From the NCBI GenBank assembly GCA_044226015.1, contig JBGAHS010000003.1, forward strand, positions 512,001 through 576,000: a DNA stretch of 64,000 nucleotides, in the 5' to 3' direction. Of this stretch, positions 8,013 to 18,164 are shown piece by piece. A program made the translations under genes and the position numbers. Each line of letters begins with the position of its first letter. Within the stretch, counting starts at the first letter, position 1. Below the pieces are notes generated by a model. The model searched no databases and was not told where the DNA came from. It was given only the letters and a program-made list of their open reading frames with translations. Source of the stretch: Candidatus Obscuribacteraceae bacterium (GTDB lineage: Bacteria; Cyanobacteriota; Vampirovibrionia; Obscuribacterales; Obscuribacteraceae).

Positions 8013-9969
8013 TTGACAAATCGCCTGGCTTTAGCGACTTCACTTGCTTAGCTGGAAGCGTAAACCAGAAGACACTGCCTTCGCCAACAACGCTTTCAAA
8101 CCCGATGGTTCCGGCATGTTCTTTGATGATTGCCTTAGAAATAGCAAGACCAAGGCCAGTGCCGCCTTGTTGCCGTGTGTCAGAAGAGTCAAGCTGCTGA
8201 AAGCGTCCAAAAAGCTTATGCGCCTGGCTTTCTGGAATTCCGCTGCCATGATCTTTAACAGAAAATTTGAGTCCTTCATCAATTTCGGAAAGCTGCAGAG
8301 TAACAGTTTCTCCCTCTGGCGAGAACTTGATCGCATTTGAAATCAAGTTATGCAGAACTTGAATTATGCGATCTTTGTCGCAATGCAAAGTTCCTGAAGC
8401 GATCATCGTGTCATTTTTCAACTCGATGCCAAACTCCTTTGCCATTCCATCGATGCCTTCAAGTGCGTCATTTAGAACGTTGATTGCCTCCACGTCATCA
8501 AAACGCAATTCAAGTTTCCCTGCCTCAATTTTCTTGAGATCGAGAATATCATTTACGATACGAATAAGCCGCTCTGTTTCTGTTGTAGCAACATTCACCA
8601 GCGCCAATGCATCATCCGAGACATCACCGGCGATTCCTCCTTCAATGAGGCGCAGAGCGCCTTTTATCGAAGTAAGGGGAGTTCTCAATTCATGCGAAAC
8701 GGTCGAAATAAATTCATTGATACGCTGCTCAGCTTCTTTGCGGGCAGAAATGTCTTGCATAAAGGCGCTAAGCATAATTTTGCCTTCGGATTTGACCTCA
8801 AAGGGAATGCACTCTCCTGGAAATTCAGTGCCGTCTTTGCGAACCATTTGAATTTCGAGCGTCTGGTTCAGCTGCTTGTTAGTGCCAGTTGTCTTGTATT
8901 GATTTACGTTCGCGAGATGAATCTCACGCTCTGAAGGTGCCACCGTAAAATCGAATTTCTTCCCAATCACTTCGTCTCGAGTCCAGCCGAAAAGTCGCTC
9001 AGCCGCTTTGTTCCATTCAATAATGTTTCCCTCCACATCAATCATCGAGAGAGCTACCGGCGAAGCGTCCAATATCGCCTTTGAACTTTGCGCACTGCTG
9101 ATAGCGTCTTCTTGAGCACGAATTCGTTCTTTCTCAGCATGGTCTAGCCAGCCCGCCACACTCCATATTGCGCCGGCGATGCAGCATATTACGAAAAGCG
9201 CGACCAGAGCCGTTCCCAGTGCCACATCATATAGACCACTTTGAAGTCCCAGCAAGAAAATTTTTCCAGAAATCAGCGGCACAAAAATTGCCGGCACAAG
9301 AAAATGTCTCACGAACTTGCCACTCGCGCCCTCTTCACTCAGGACACTAATCATGCCCTTATCAGGCTCCAGAAAGAGAAACGCCCAGGACATCAGTAGC
9401 CCTGCTAGAGCAGAAGGAGTTGCCATCTGAATCAGCGTGCTGATACGCATCAATGAAGGTACTTCAAAGTAATGCGCAGTCAATGCGGTTAGGCACAAAA
9501 CATTGGCAAAAAGCATCAAGAAATCAATTACGCGCTGCTGCTTTGAGCGATTCATGAACATGCAAGAATCAACAATCAAGAACGAGAAGAGAATCGTTGG
9601 AGACATTCGATTTGGACCAAATAACCCCATGCCGGAACCGTTGAAAAATTGATCGAGGTCGAAGGTGCCAATCACATAGTGAGCACAAATGGCACTACAG
9701 ACGAGAATAGAGGCAGCAGAACTACATTTTGCTAGCGACTCTTTTTTGACCCGCATAAAAATTAGCGCCAGCGCGGTCAAAATGAAACACAGTCCTGTAC
9801 TGAAAGCAACGGGTGTTTCGTTAGGAAAGGGATTTTTGAAAAACTCGATTTGCAGTCCCCATCCGAGCAAAACTAAAACCCCCTCGACCAGCACCAAAGT
9901 GGACATTGCTGGCGCCAGGGATAGAATAATTTCCGCTACTGTGATCTTACTTTTCACACCACAAATCAA
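8002..9969 (-). CDS. multi-TM PAS sensor histidine kinase
   Basis: Multiple TM helices, PAS (WNKAAERLFGW), SHELRTPLTSI H-box, NLISNAIKFS, DHGSGI, GGTGLGLAI; start uncertain. Confidence 0.92.
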   Translation of the reverse strand: MICGVKSKITVAEIILSLAPAMSTLVLVEGVLVLLGWGLQIEFFKNPFPNETPVAFSTGLCFILTALALIFMRVKKESLAKCSSAASILVCSAICAHYVIGTFDLDQFFNGSGMGLFGPNRMSPTILFSFLIVDSCMFMNRSKQQRVIDFLMLFANVLCLTALTAHYFEVPSLMRISTLIQMATPSALAGLLMSWAFLFLEPDKGMISVLSEEGASGKFVRHFLVPAIFVPLISGKIFLLGLQSGLYDVALGTALVALFVICCIAGAIWSVAGWLDHAEKERIRAQEDAISSAQSSKAILDASPVALSMIDVEGNIIEWNKAAERLFGWTRDEVIGKKFDFTVAPSEREIHLANVNQYKTTGTNKQLNQTLEIQMVRKDGTEFPGECIPFEVKSEGKIMLSAFMQDISARKEAEQRINEFISTVSHELRTPLTSIKGALRLIEGGIAGDVSDDALALVNVATTETERLIRIVNDILDLKKIEAGKLELRFDDVEAINVLNDALEGIDGMAKEFGIELKNDTMIASGTLHCDKDRIIQVLHNLISNAIKFSPEGETVTLQLSEIDEGLKFSVKDHGSGIPESQAHKLFGRFQQLDSSDTRQQGGTGLGLAISKAIIKEHAGTIGFESVVGEGSVFWFTLPAKQVKSLKPGDLSIRT

Positions 9970-10052
9970 ACGCTCTGAAAATCAATTATTCCAGAATTTG
10001 ACTCAAAAGCACAGAGTTATACTATGTGCTTTAGTATAACAAAAGCGAAAAA

Positions 10053-10103
10053 CAAGTCCACAGAACTGATTGATGCTTTCGCACCAATCAGCCTGTGAAC
10101 TTG
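10053..10103 (-). terminator. long-stem terminator downstream of htpX
   Basis: Minus strand CAAGTTCACAGGCTGATTGGTGC-GAAA-GCATCAATCAGTTCTGTGGACTTG followed by a T-run. Confidence 0.7.
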
Positions 10104-10151
10104 CCGGTTTAATCAAGCCAGTTTGACTTGTTCAGCCAAACCGGAGATTGA

Positions 10152-11189
10152 TTAGACCTTCGGCAGCGGGCAGGGTCCGCCGTTCATGCGCTCGAGCTGA
10201 TACACGCGGTCAGCAACCGGGGGGTGGGTCAGCTGGAGGTACTTCCAGAACGCGACGAGCTTCTGCCAGAGCGACTTCGGAGCCGGCTCTTCCGCGATGG
10301 CGTCGAAGATCGGATCGATGGTCATGCAGACGCGCATGACACGATACGCTTCAGCATCACGCCCCTTCGGACGGTGCTTCTCGACGTAAGCGACGAGCTT
10401 GAGCAGACCGCTGGCCAGGGCGCAGGGGTTGCCGGTGAAGTGCGCACCCGTGGCGTCGGCGCCGGATTCACGCGAACGGACCACGAACATCTGGATGAGC
10501 TTGGTCATCTGCTGGGTCGCCCAGAAGATGACGTACATCAGGATGTTCGAGACGATGGCCGGCAGCACGCGCTGTTCGACACGAATGCCGAGCAGACGCT
10601 TGAACCAGCTCAGCGTGCCGATCCACGCGCGAACACCACTGTCCACGACGATGAAGAAGAACGACGACATGATCGAGATGAGCGAGTTGATGCCGACGTC
10701 GTAGTTGGCGACGTGGCCCAGCTCATGCGCGAAAACAGCCTCGATCTCTTCGTCGGTCATACCGCACTCGAAGAGTCCGGCGGTGGCGGCGACGACAGCC
10801 TTGCGGTGAATCGGGCCCGTGGCGAAAGCGTTCGGCAGCGGGTTGTCCGAGATGTAGACCGGCGGCTTGAACTTGAGCCCCGACTTCTTCCACACGCGGT
10901 CGACGATCTCCAGGAGGCGAGCGTCGCGAGGGTTGTTGGGGTCGGCGGGGGTGCACTTCATGATGTACAGCGAGATCTTGTCGCTGAACCACCAGCCGGC
11001 GACGGTGAGAAGCGGGTAGGCGACCCAGAAGCCGAGCTTGAACTCGAACGACGACTGGAACAGGTAGAGGGCAGCGGTGATGAGGCCGCCCATCATGAGG
11101 AAGCCAGCCAGGGTCATGGCCCAGGTCTCCAGGCGTCGACGACCGATGCCAGGAAGCTCCTCAAAGGGGGTTACGCGATGACGAGACAT
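10152..11189 (-). CDS. htpX: M48 family zinc metalloprotease HtpX
   Basis: PNAFATG, AHELGH, SRESGAD, THPP motifs; AGGAG RBS before ATG 11189. Confidence 0.9.
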   Translation of the reverse strand: MSRHRVTPFEELPGIGRRRLETWAMTLAGFLMMGGLITAALYLFQSSFEFKLGFWVAYPLLTVAGWWFSDKISLYIMKCTPADPNNPRDARLLEIVDRVWKKSGLKFKPPVYISDNPLPNAFATGPIHRKAVVAATAGLFECGMTDEEIEAVFAHELGHVANYDVGINSLISIMSSFFFIVVDSGVRAWIGTLSWFKRLLGIRVEQRVLPAIVSNILMYVIFWATQQMTKLIQMFVVRSRESGADATGAHFTGNPCALASGLLKLVAYVEKHRPKGRDAEAYRVMRVCMTIDPIFDAIAEEPAPKSLWQKLVAFWKYLQLTHPPVADRVYQLERMNGGPCPLPKV

Positions 11190-11738
11190 AACAAATCTCC
11201 TCTTGTTGGTTGAGAGAACGTCTGCAAAACAGGTGCAAGACGCGAAGAAACAACTCAAGTCCACCCAACACAAAAGCCTGTCTTCCGCTACACAGCGAAC
11301 CGCTGAGTATTTAGAGCTAGAGAGACAGGTGCTTGAATGTTTTTACTGAGACGGTGTGTTCAGAAGGTGGATAGAGAGTAACGCCCACACCCTAGTACGC
11401 CCTGCTCTTGATAAGCAAGGGTGTGCGGACCTGCCCGCTTACCCCAGGGATAGAAATTGCTAATCTGGCATGGAATATCTAGCGAAACTGAGCCACTGCG
11501 GCGTCCTGCAATCTTTGCTTACATGTTGCCAAGATAGCGCTAACCTCGCTCTTCCTCTCAGGATCAAGCTTTTTGAGAGCCACTTAAGCAAAAAAATATC
11601 ACTAGGTCCCCTACGGGTCCTTCGCAGCCGGCCCCAGGTCAGGGGTCGCGACAGCAGACAAACGCGATCCTTCGATGCCGGCAGGATGATTTGCCCCGAG
11701 ATCCGATGTCGAAGGGAACGAATATCAGGAGCGAGTAA

Positions 11739-12215
11739 CTAGCAGGACGGCGCTTGAATCTTGGAGACAACATTACTGGTGCTGCGACCAGGCACTAGTT
11801 GCAGAATTACAACCTCTCCACCAAAAGACCGAACAACCGGTGTCTCCTGCAAGTCTTCAGGCTTATAGTCCGCACCCTTAACGTGAATATTGGGCTTAAG
11901 CTCTTTCAGAAACTCAACCGGTGTGTCCTCGTCGAAAATCGTGACATAATCTACCGCCGAAAGAGCTGCCAGAAGTTCAGCACGATCATCTTGCATGTTG
12001 ATAGGTCGCGAAGGTCCCTTCAATTTTGCGACTGAAGAATCGCTGTTCAATCCAACGACAAGCACATCACCCAGAGCCCGAGACTCCGCTAAAATTCGCG
12101 AGTGCCCGACATGCAAAATGTCGAAACAACCGTTAGTACTTACTACCTTTTTGCCCTCGGCTCTGAGTTTTTCACCGAGGGCATTCAGTTCATCCCGCCC
12201 TACGACAGTTCCCAT
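11739..12215 (-). CDS. rfaE2: D-glycero-beta-D-manno-heptose 1-phosphate adenylyltransferase (RfaE domain II)
   Basis: TNGCFDILHVGH, GLNSDSSV, KGPSRPI, FDEDTP, KGADY, STS. Confidence 0.92.
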   Translation of the reverse strand: MGTVVGRDELNALGEKLRAEGKKVVSTNGCFDILHVGHSRILAESRALGDVLVVGLNSDSSVAKLKGPSRPINMQDDRAELLAALSAVDYVTIFDEDTPVEFLKELKPNIHVKGADYKPEDLQETPVVRSFGGEVVILQLVPGRSTSNVVSKIQAPSC

Positions 12216-12217
12216 TC

Positions 12218-13414
12218 TTACTGAGTCTTGCCTTTCTTACCCTGGAGAAACACCAGCCGCTGACGAGCATCTTCACTGTACTCGGAATCGCTGGAGATCT
12301 TCAAAGATTCTTTGAACTGCTCAGCTGCTTCTTCCATCTTGTGCTTGCGCTCAAGAATCAGACCCATGCGGTAGTATGCTTCACCGAGCCTGTAGTCATT
12401 TTTCACTGCAAGTCTGTAAGAACCGAGCGCCTTGTCGTAATCTTTATCGATTTCGTAGGCAGTTCCAAGATTGTAGTGGGCTGTAGCGAGCTTCTGGTCA
12501 AGCGAAACAGCGGTCTGCCAGTTCTTGATTGCGCCTTGCAAATCATGCTCGGCTCTGAGAGCAGCACCAATGCCATTATATGTGATGGCATCTTTAGGAT
12601 TGATAGCCAGTGCCTTTCTGAACTCAGAAAGTGCCTGTGCATAGTTATGTTGTTGGTTGAAAATCAGACCAAGGTTGCTGTGAGCTTCAGCCAGATTAGC
12701 GTTTACTTCAAGCGCTTCCTTGTACGCAGAAATTGCATCATTGAGCTTTCCACTAAGATGCAATTGAACAGCCTTGTTATATCGCTTGACGGACTCGAGC
12801 TTAGCGTTTACGACTTTTCCGTCTTCTAATTTTACGGTTCCATTTTCGCCCGGAGTAACGCTCGTGGTGTTATCAGCAGTGGCATTCTCTTTGTCTGGTT
12901 TCGGACTGTCGACTGCTGGCGCTGGGTCAGCATCTTGCAGGCTAGCCACTGGAATGGGCTGATCGGAGAATCCGACCACTACAACACCCTCTTCAAGTTT
13001 CACCACACGTGGTTTCACTTTAACTTCTTCTGGAAGCGCTAAAACGATGCGTGCAGTAGGCTTGGGGGCATTCTCAAGCTCTTGGTAGCGAACTGCCTTA
13101 ACGAAAGGAATCGCTTTCGAAATCATTTTTGTCAGCTCTTCCGGAGATGCAACAGTACCCTTGTCGAGCTTTGCGTCTCCAAGGTCAATGACTACGCGGT
13201 GATTGGGACCTGGTACATCAAGCACCATCGGTGTAGTCGGAAAAGACTTGGCAGCGAATTCGATGACAATTTCTTGACCAGCCCCTGCAGAAATCTTTTT
13301 AATTGGTAACACAGTTCCGTCTGCAGCCAGAACGGCTTGAGCAGCCAAAAGAGTTGTCATGCTGGCAAGCGTTGTTTTAATTGTCTTTTTAATTGCCTTT
13401 CGGTTCATGGTCAA
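12218..13414 (-). CDS. exported AMIN-like plus TPR repeat protein
   Basis: Signal peptide, PNHRVVIDL...ARIVL (AMIN-like), several TPRs (AEAHSNLG, AITYNGIG, ATAHYNLG, GEAYYRMG). Confidence 0.8.
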   Translation of the reverse strand: MTMNRKAIKKTIKTTLASMTTLLAAQAVLAADGTVLPIKKISAGAGQEIVIEFAAKSFPTTPMVLDVPGPNHRVVIDLGDAKLDKGTVASPEELTKMISKAIPFVKAVRYQELENAPKPTARIVLALPEEVKVKPRVVKLEEGVVVVGFSDQPIPVASLQDADPAPAVDSPKPDKENATADNTTSVTPGENGTVKLEDGKVVNAKLESVKRYNKAVQLHLSGKLNDAISAYKEALEVNANLAEAHSNLGLIFNQQHNYAQALSEFRKALAINPKDAITYNGIGAALRAEHDLQGAIKNWQTAVSLDQKLATAHYNLGTAYEIDKDYDKALGSYRLAVKNDYRLGEAYYRMGLILERKHKMEEAAEQFKESLKISSDSEYSEDARQRLVFLQGKKGKTQ

Positions 13415-13715
13415 AGTTACTCCTAACAGTGCATCTGGAAAGCTTTTAAGATTCCAATCAAATTTCCAAATATGAAGCCGAATCTCTCAAAGTCGCTTGA
13501 CTACTGCGAGTCGGCCCGCTGACACATAGGAAAGTTTACCTGCTTAATGGCAACCTTACACGGCCAACCTTTTAAGATTGCGATTAAACCTGCTCCCTTT
13601 TTCGGCGAAACCATCGTATTATTGTTGGAGATATCCCCGCATCAATTCTTGAAAACCGGTGCCAGGAATTTACCTTTAGCTCTCATCACTTTCCTAGAGA
13701 AAGGAACTTACTAAA

Positions 13716-14138
13716 ATGATTCGCAGACTGCTTACCCTAACGTTTACCGCACTGTCTCTTTGTTGTGCCAACGGAGCAATTGCTGCGGGCATCACTTATC
13801 CGGAAGCCCCGGGTCCAAACCCAGATCACTTGATCACACCGCCTTCGGAAAATCCATACTTCTATGTCCGACCAGATGGTCAGGCATATACGCTGCAAAT
13901 CGACAGCACAAATAACCTGACTGATTACCTAAACCGTCATTACTATGATTACAAGTGGCGCGGTCAACAGTGGTCTCCGTGGGACACAGTATCAAACGTA
14001 GAAAAGCTGGCTCGAGCCAGCGTCCTCTGGCCAGAATACAACGAAGCTAACCAATGGCATTTGTTCAACGGCTGGAACCAAGCGTGGGAAAGATATTCCG
14101 GTTTTGGACCAGGACCAGCTCGTGGTGGTCTTCCATAA
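13716..14138 (+). CDS. hypothetical secreted Trp/Tyr-rich protein
   Basis: AAGGA RBS, signal peptide ending AIA-A. Confidence 0.7.
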   Translation: MIRRLLTLTFTALSLCCANGAIAAGITYPEAPGPNPDHLITPPSENPYFYVRPDGQAYTLQIDSTNNLTDYLNRHYYDYKWRGQQWSPWDTVSNVEKLARASVLWPEYNEANQWHLFNGWNQAWERYSGFGPGPARGGLP

Positions 14139-14147
14139 ACTGAAGCC

Positions 14148-14558
14148 TTGAAACGATTAGATCATATCGCCATTGCAGTCCCGAACCTGGAAGAAGCGCT
14201 CAACTTCTATCAGAAGTCTCTGGGACTGCCTTGCATTTCTATAGAAACTGTCGAAGAACAAGGTGTGCGCGTAGCTAAGCTGGACACCGGCAATACACAC
14301 ATTGAGTTGCTTGAACCCATATCAGCCGATAGCCCGGTCGGCAAATTCATTGCTAACAAGGGTCCCGGACTACATCACATTTGCATGGGTGTTGATGATA
14401 TCCATGGCGAACTGGCGACAATGAAATCTGCCCAGGTCAAACTCATCAATGACGAGCCCAAAATCGGCGCAGGTGGGGCTGAAATTGCATTCGTTCATCC
14501 GAAATCAACAGGCGGAGTTCTGCTCGAGTTGTCAACCGGCGAAAAAGGCCGGCACTAA
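14148..14558 (+). CDS. mce: methylmalonyl-CoA epimerase
   Basis: LDHIAIAV, EEQGVRVA, IELLEP, GPGLHHI, AFVHPKSTGGVLLEL. Confidence 0.9.
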   Translation: MKRLDHIAIAVPNLEEALNFYQKSLGLPCISIETVEEQGVRVAKLDTGNTHIELLEPISADSPVGKFIANKGPGLHHICMGVDDIHGELATMKSAQVKLINDEPKIGAGGAEIAFVHPKSTGGVLLELSTGEKGRH

Positions 14559-14665
14559 ACAAACAATCATTAAGTAGAAAATTGAACTATTGTGATCATC
14601 CGGCGTTCCGGCTGACCAATGTTGTAGTCTGTCAGGAATTCCTATGACAGACGGAGTCGTCGCAC

Positions 14666-15733
14666 ATGCCAGTTATGACAGAAATGAACAGTATTGAAAA
14701 AGCACTCGGAGACAAGGCTAAATATTACCTTGAACACAACAGCAAGACCGTTTCCAAAGACCTTCTGCATTTGCCAGGAGCTGACTTTGTAGACAGAGTG
14801 GTCTCTCAGTCTGACAGAAATCCGCGTGTATTGATGAGCCTGCAAACCCTCTTCAATTCAGGACGCCTCGCAGGCACCGGCTATCTCTCAATTCTTCCAG
14901 TTGACCAGGGCATCGAGCACTCTGGTGGTGCTTCTTTCGCTAAAAACCCAATTTACTTTGATGGAGAAAACATCGTCAAGCTCGCCATCGAAGGCGGATG
15001 TAACGCAGTTGCTTCAACCTTCGGCGTTCTTGGATCGGTCGCGCGTAAATACGCTCACAAAATTCCTTTCATCGCTAAGTTGAACCACAATGAGTTCCTG
15101 ACCTACCCAAACAAGTTCGATCAGATTCCTTTCGGAAGCGTTCGTGAAGCATGGGAAATGGGTGCAGTAGCTGTTGGAGCAACAATCTACTTTGGTTCAC
15201 CAGAGTCAACACGTCAGATTCAAGAAATCGCTAAGGCGTTCCATGAAGCTCATGAACTCGGAATGGCAACAGTTCTCTGGTGCTATCTTCGTAACGGCTC
15301 GTTCAAAGTTGGCGATACCGACTACCATGTCGCCGCTGACCTGACCGGCCAAGCTAACCACCTCGGCGTCACCCTCGAAGCTGACATCATCAAACAGAAG
15401 CTTCCAGAAAACAATGGCGGCTTCAATGCACTGAAGTTTGGAAAGACCGACGCACGCGTTTACTCTGAACTTACAACAGACCACCCAATCGACTTGACCC
15501 GCTACCAGGTAATTAACTGCTACATGGGACGCGCTGGCTTGATTAACTCTGGTGGCGCATCTGGTAGCAACGACCTCAATGAAGCAGTAACCACGGCTGT
15601 AATCAACAAGAGAGCTGGCGGAATGGGCTTAATTTCAGGACGTAAGGCTTTCCAAAAACCAATGAAAGATGGAATCAGCCTGCTAAACGCAATTCAAGAT
15701 GTTTACCTCTGCGACGAAGTAACCATCGCGTAA
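14666..15733 (+). CDS. fbaB: class I fructose-bisphosphate aldolase
   Basis: [42 protein letters not shown]. Confidence 0.95.
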   Translation: MPVMTEMNSIEKALGDKAKYYLEHNSKTVSKDLLHLPGADFVDRVVSQSDRNPRVLMSLQTLFNSGRLAGTGYLSILPVDQGIEHSGGASFAKNPIYFDGENIVKLAIEGGCNAVASTFGVLGSVARKYAHKIPFIAKLNHNEFLTYPNKFDQIPFGSVREAWEMGAVAVGATIYFGSPESTRQIQEIAKAFHEAHELGMATVLWCYLRNGSFKVGDTDYHVAADLTGQANHLGVTLEADIIKQKLPENNGGFNALKFGKTDARVYSELTTDHPIDLTRYQVINCYMGRAGLINSGGASGSNDLNEAVTTAVINKRAGGMGLISGRKAFQKPMKDGISLLNAIQDVYLCDEVTIA

Positions 15734-15756
15734 GCCTGATAATAACCGGCATTCAT

Positions 15757-15788
15757 AAAAGAGCAGGAATTCGTTCCTGCTCTTTTTC
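15757..15788 (+). terminator. intrinsic terminator (possibly bidirectional)
   Basis: AAAAGAGCAGGAA-TTCG-TTCCTGCTCTTTTT. Confidence 0.85.
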
Positions 15789-15991
15789 AATGAACACTGT
15801 CTTTGTTCTTTCATCAATTAGATGAGGTAATTCAAAAAAGACAGAGCCAAAATGACAACAGTCATGAAGCTTTTGGGGATCAATCTTGCGATTACTTTAT
15901 CAGAAACAGAAAGTCCACCCAAAATGGATGGACTACAATTCGAGCAATTTGCCAGAACCAATGAAAGTTAATTTGTGCGGAGATAGTAAGT

Positions 15992-16168
15992 TTAACGCTT
16001 GATGGAATCTGGCTTCCAGGTAACTACACATACACCAGAGGCGCAGTCTAAATTTTTACCTGTAACCTTTTCCGATTGATCTAAATTGCCACCACTTCTG
16101 GTGTTAGCTTGAGTTTGCAGTTTATCGCTCATTTCGTTAAGCTCTGATTTGCTGCGCTTCTGCTTCAT
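15992..16168 (-). CDS. 58-aa small protein with C-terminal CxxGVCxVxWKP motif
   Basis: Below the ORF-track cutoff. MKQKRSKSELNEMSDKLQTQANTRSGGNLDQSEKVTGKNLDCASGVCVVTWKPDSIKR; GGAG upstream. Confidence 0.55.
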   Translation of the reverse strand: MKQKRSKSELNEMSDKLQTQANTRSGGNLDQSEKVTGKNLDCASGVCVVTWKPDSIKR

Positions 16169-16514
16169 ATTAGTTCCCGAGTCTCCAACGGATATTCACC
16201 GGACATAATTATGATCTAAGTTTGTGATTTTGCACCTCTTGACTTATTTATTTTCTAAACAAATCCGCAGCGCATTTTCCGAAAAGCTATTAAAAGCAGC
16301 CACAGAAACGTAACAAGCCAATAGCTCAAGTGCATCAATTTTATATACCGATTGCAATTGAGACTAGCGTCGGAAATTGAATCATTCTATATATCCAAGT
16401 TATCAGCCCGCTGAAGCAATGTAGACAAGGGTTTTAAGAATCAAACAAAATAATAAAACCGTGCATTGCAATTCAAAGCCCGTTACAATCAAGAGAAATG
16501 TTGAGGATCATTCA

Positions 16515-17018
16515 TTGAAATCGTGTCCCTTTTGCGCAATTCAACTCAAAACCGTGGAAATCGGAGGACGCAGTCGCATAGCCTGCGCCTCATGTGATTT
16601 TGTGCACTGGAATAATCCAAAACCAGTTACTGCGACAGTCATTCCTCTTAATGGTGGCATCGTTCTGGTTCGTCGAAAGTTCGAACCATTTATCGGCGAT
16701 TGGTGCTTGCCTGGTGGTTTTATTGAAGCTGCTGAACACCCGGCAGAGTCAGCATGCCGTGAAGTCTTTGAGGAAACCGGGCTAGAGGTTCGCGTCTCGA
16801 GATTGCTTGATGCTGGTGCTCCGGGAAGGGGCATCAACGTCGTAATTATGTTCTACGAAGCGTTGCCCACTGGTGGAAAACTAATGGCTGGTGATGATGC
16901 AAGTGAAGTCGGCTGCTTTAAACAACATGAATTGCCAGCAAATATTGCTTTTGACTTACACCGACAAATTATTCAAAGCTGGTTCAAGCAAGCTTCCGAA
17001 CACGGCAGCCCACGCTGA
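16515..17018 (+). CDS. NUDIX hydrolase with N-terminal zinc ribbon
   Basis: CPFC...CASC, LPGGFIEAAEHPAESACREVFEETGL Nudix box; TTG start after GAGG (alternative start 16461). Confidence 0.9.
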   Translation: MKSCPFCAIQLKTVEIGGRSRIACASCDFVHWNNPKPVTATVIPLNGGIVLVRRKFEPFIGDWCLPGGFIEAAEHPAESACREVFEETGLEVRVSRLLDAGAPGRGINVVIMFYEALPTGGKLMAGDDASEVGCFKQHELPANIAFDLHRQIIQSWFKQASEHGSPR

Positions 17019-17024
17019 GCGCTC

Positions 17025-17930
17025 TTACCCTGCCTTTTTGACCAGATTCACATGAGCTCTTATCTCTTCACAGAGTTCGTCAAAACCCTCTAGAGCACTG
17101 GAGACCAGGTACTTCTGCTTCTTGGAGCTAATGAATACACCATCCGGATAGAGGATGCCAGCCGGGTGAATGTCGCTAATTTCATTCCAGGAAAGCAGGC
17201 GTCCTTCAGCCTTGCTAAACGCTGGTTTCATGAGCAACCCAAGCGGACTCGACTCCACCTGGTGCGGAAAACGAAAGGTCTGCGCAATTTTCCAGATAAC
17301 GGAAGCTACAAACGCTAAAGCCGCAATCGCCACTATCAGCAAGTCTTCTTTAGAGCTAGTGCCCGATTTTAACTGCGAAAAGAAAAAGCAAAAAAACAAG
17401 ATGGAAAACACAGCCTGCAAGAAGAGCTTTCCTAGCTCGAAAGCGAAGCCCATCATTGGCAAACAAAATACCTGTGCATCACCTGTGATACTACGCCCAC
17501 GATTGGGCAAACGACTGCGAATTTCATCAAGCAGCTCTTCAATCTTTCCAAACATACAGGGGAAGCTAAGTTCGCCCTCAATACACCTTATTTGATATCG
17601 CCTGAATCCAATCTTGCTACCCTGCCTCAAGGTAAGCATCTTTTCCCATTCCATACGCTCTCTTTTAAACAGAGCGATTGTGCTCAAGGCAGAATCATCA
17701 AGCACAAGCTTGAACGGAATTTGACCAAGCCCCCACATACCAAGCAGCGCCAGGGGCGCCAGAATGCAGACGGTGATTTGAACCAGCACGTGCAGATTAA
17801 AAAACTGATTTGCTAGTAGAAGCCCTGGGGCCAGCAATACCAAAATAAGCAGCACAGTCAGTTCAGCCAGCCCTCGAGCCAGAACCATTGATTTCAGCAG
17901 ATAAGTTTTGCTTTTAGCTTGACCCACCAT
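17025..17930 (-). CDS. membrane protein with two TM-hairpin plus bacterial-PH-like units
   Basis: Two repeats of 2 TM helices followed by a beta-rich segment (MEWEKM / LSWNEI). Confidence 0.6.
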   Translation of the reverse strand: MVGQAKSKTYLLKSMVLARGLAELTVLLILVLLAPGLLLANQFFNLHVLVQITVCILAPLALLGMWGLGQIPFKLVLDDSALSTIALFKRERMEWEKMLTLRQGSKIGFRRYQIRCIEGELSFPCMFGKIEELLDEIRSRLPNRGRSITGDAQVFCLPMMGFAFELGKLFLQAVFSILFFCFFFSQLKSGTSSKEDLLIVAIAALAFVASVIWKIAQTFRFPHQVESSPLGLLMKPAFSKAEGRLLSWNEISDIHPAGILYPDGVFISSKKQKYLVSSALEGFDELCEEIRAHVNLVKKAG

Positions 17931-18164
17931 TCGATTTTCCCATGATTGCTTTTACCAGCCAAGTTAGAGCAAAAGCGATAGACTATATGACTATCGTTAA
18001 GGAATTCTGCCTCTGGGCAGCTAATCCTGACCGCTTGCCCATGAATTTTCAATAAGCGGGCTAATTGCAACGACTTTTCCGTAAAGCTCAAAATAGGTAA
18101 AACGTCAAACTTAAACCTGCCTAACGTTTCATCTAATATCCCTTGCCCTACGCAGGACAAAACC

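Noticed and set aside
10224..11213. 329-aa plus-strand ORF
   Set aside because: Antisense shadow of GC3-rich htpX
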